32,000 nt of DNA, taken from Wallemia ichthyophaga EXF-994. Lineage: Eukaryota; Fungi; Basidiomycota. Under the pieces are notes generated by a model. It had not been told where the DNA came from, searched no databases, and worked only from the letters and a program-made list of their open reading frames with translations. Made by a program: the position numbers and the translations under genes. The stretch covers positions 270,001 through 302,000 of the forward strand of contig NW_008806282.1 of NCBI RefSeq assembly GCF_000400465.1, written 5' to 3'. The first letter of the stretch is position 1. Every line of letters begins with the position of its first letter. Below are positions 31,174-32,000 of this stretch, in pieces.

Positions 31174-31760
31174 ATGGTCAACCCTTTGAAAATCAGGTTG
31201 GTATCTAATAATTGTTAGTATTCGCTCAATTTAATTTCGAATTATCAGTCTCGCACCTTACATTAAAGGTGGCCTTAGAAAATCACTTGAACCAATTGCT
31301 AAGGGCTATTTAAAGTGGGTTTAAAGTTAGTTAACGTTTTGCAATTCCAATTTAATTCAATTTAATAGCCTTGCTGGCTTCAAGCAAGTCGGCTTGAGAT
31401 GTTAGTCAAAACTCTATCCTGATTTGCCACTAATAAATAGCAGATGACGATCTCATTCAAGAGGAAAACGATCAAATGCAAAAAGTTTGTTCTTTTTTAC
31501 CGCTATAACTCACTTTAACGCCAGACTAAAAGGTACTCGGTCGTCTCTCACCAAGAGAGGAATATGACAGAGTTTGGAGATTAAGAAGAGCCATTAACCA
31601 ATCCATCCAACACAAAGATTTACCTGCTGAGCAATGGTCTGAGGAAGACTCATCACAACAGCGTTACCTCACTGATAGAATTGTCCAAGTCACGAACGAG
31701 TACACTGAAAGAGAGTTGTTAGATAACCCAGAGTTTAAAATTGAACCAAAGCACCATTAA
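31174..31760 (+). CDS. QCR7: Cytochrome b-c1 complex subunit 7, 129 aa, 5 exons
   Basis: Not in the ORF track. Introns 31197-31248, 31315-31368, 31401-31443, 31485-31532 give MVNPLKISLAPYIKGGLRKSLEPIAKGYLNLAGFKQVGLRYDDLIQEENDQMQKVLGRLSPREEYDRVWRLRRAINQSIQHKDLPAEQW...YL..., matching the Qcr7 NLAGY..GL.YDDL..EE...AL.RL signature. Confidence 0.92.
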
Positions 31761-31882
31761 TTTGTTGTTATCATATATATGTTTTTTCATCTTTATTTTC
31801 AATCACTACGTCAATCCTCGTCTACTAACCGAGGTTATTTGTAAAAGCATCCTTCAATTAATAATCTTCAAGTACAAGCATC

Positions 31883-32000
31883 ATGGCTTTTTACTTGAAT
31901 CATTTAAGGAAGAAGGATTGGCTCGCTTTGAGCTGCGATAGACTGCCGAACTTTATCAACGGGAAATTCATTCAATCGAATACACACAATTTCCATCCAG
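31883..32000 (+). CDS. Probable aldehyde dehydrogenase family gene (possibly methylmalonate-semialdehyde dehydrogenase), 5' fragment truncated by the window edge
   Basis: Open frame from ATG 31883: MAFYLNHLRKKDWLALSCDRLPNFINGKFIQSNTHNFHP. NFINGKF..S resembles the conserved ALDH N-terminal strand. Only 39 codons are visible. Confidence 0.5.
   Translation, partial: MAFYLNHLRKKDWLALSCDRLPNFINGKFIQSNTHNFHP

Noticed and set aside
1-32000. Transposons, CRISPR arrays, tRNA, rRNA or snRNA genes
   Set aside because: I saw no transposase or RT motifs, terminal repeats, repeat-spacer arrays, tRNA A/B boxes or snRNA signature sequences.

Overview
Gene-dense eukaryotic (fungal, basidiomycete-like) genomic DNA with about 60 very short GT/GC-AG introns (41-59 nt) and intergenic gaps often under 150 bp. 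This architecture is consistent with a compact genome such as Wallemia, which is an inference I could not verify. By manual splicing I reconstruct 22 protein-coding genes. In order: TFA1 (5' fragment), a giant arrestin-fold protein, a mini J-domain protein, copper amine oxidase, an RBMS/MSSP-like RRM protein, a CRIB-containing WASP, UBC13, a 67-aa spliced microprotein, a 117-aa putative PP1-docking protein, ADA3/NGG1, RFA3, a secreted short tyrosinase/PPO, a DHA1 MFS transporter, HPM1/METTL18, a METTL21-like methyltransferase, PAN2, ARD1/NAA10, VTC1, RRP7, a sterol-esterase-type lipase, QCR7 and a probable aldehyde dehydrogenase 5' fragment. TFA1, the 67-aa protein, QCR7 and the ALDH fragment are absent from the ORF track. 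I found no tRNA, rRNA, transposon or CRISPR array. The most notable observations are: (1) a 117-aa orphan carrying a neurabin/spinophilin-type RVxF-PhiPhi-R PP1 motif with exact spacing; (2) ADA3 and RFA3 start codons only 24 bp apart, head to head; (3) an AT-rich, intronless lipase-RRP7 pair in one reading frame separated by a single TAA; (4) a hidden three-exon microprotein; (5) a GATA-site cluster upstream of the amine oxidase.
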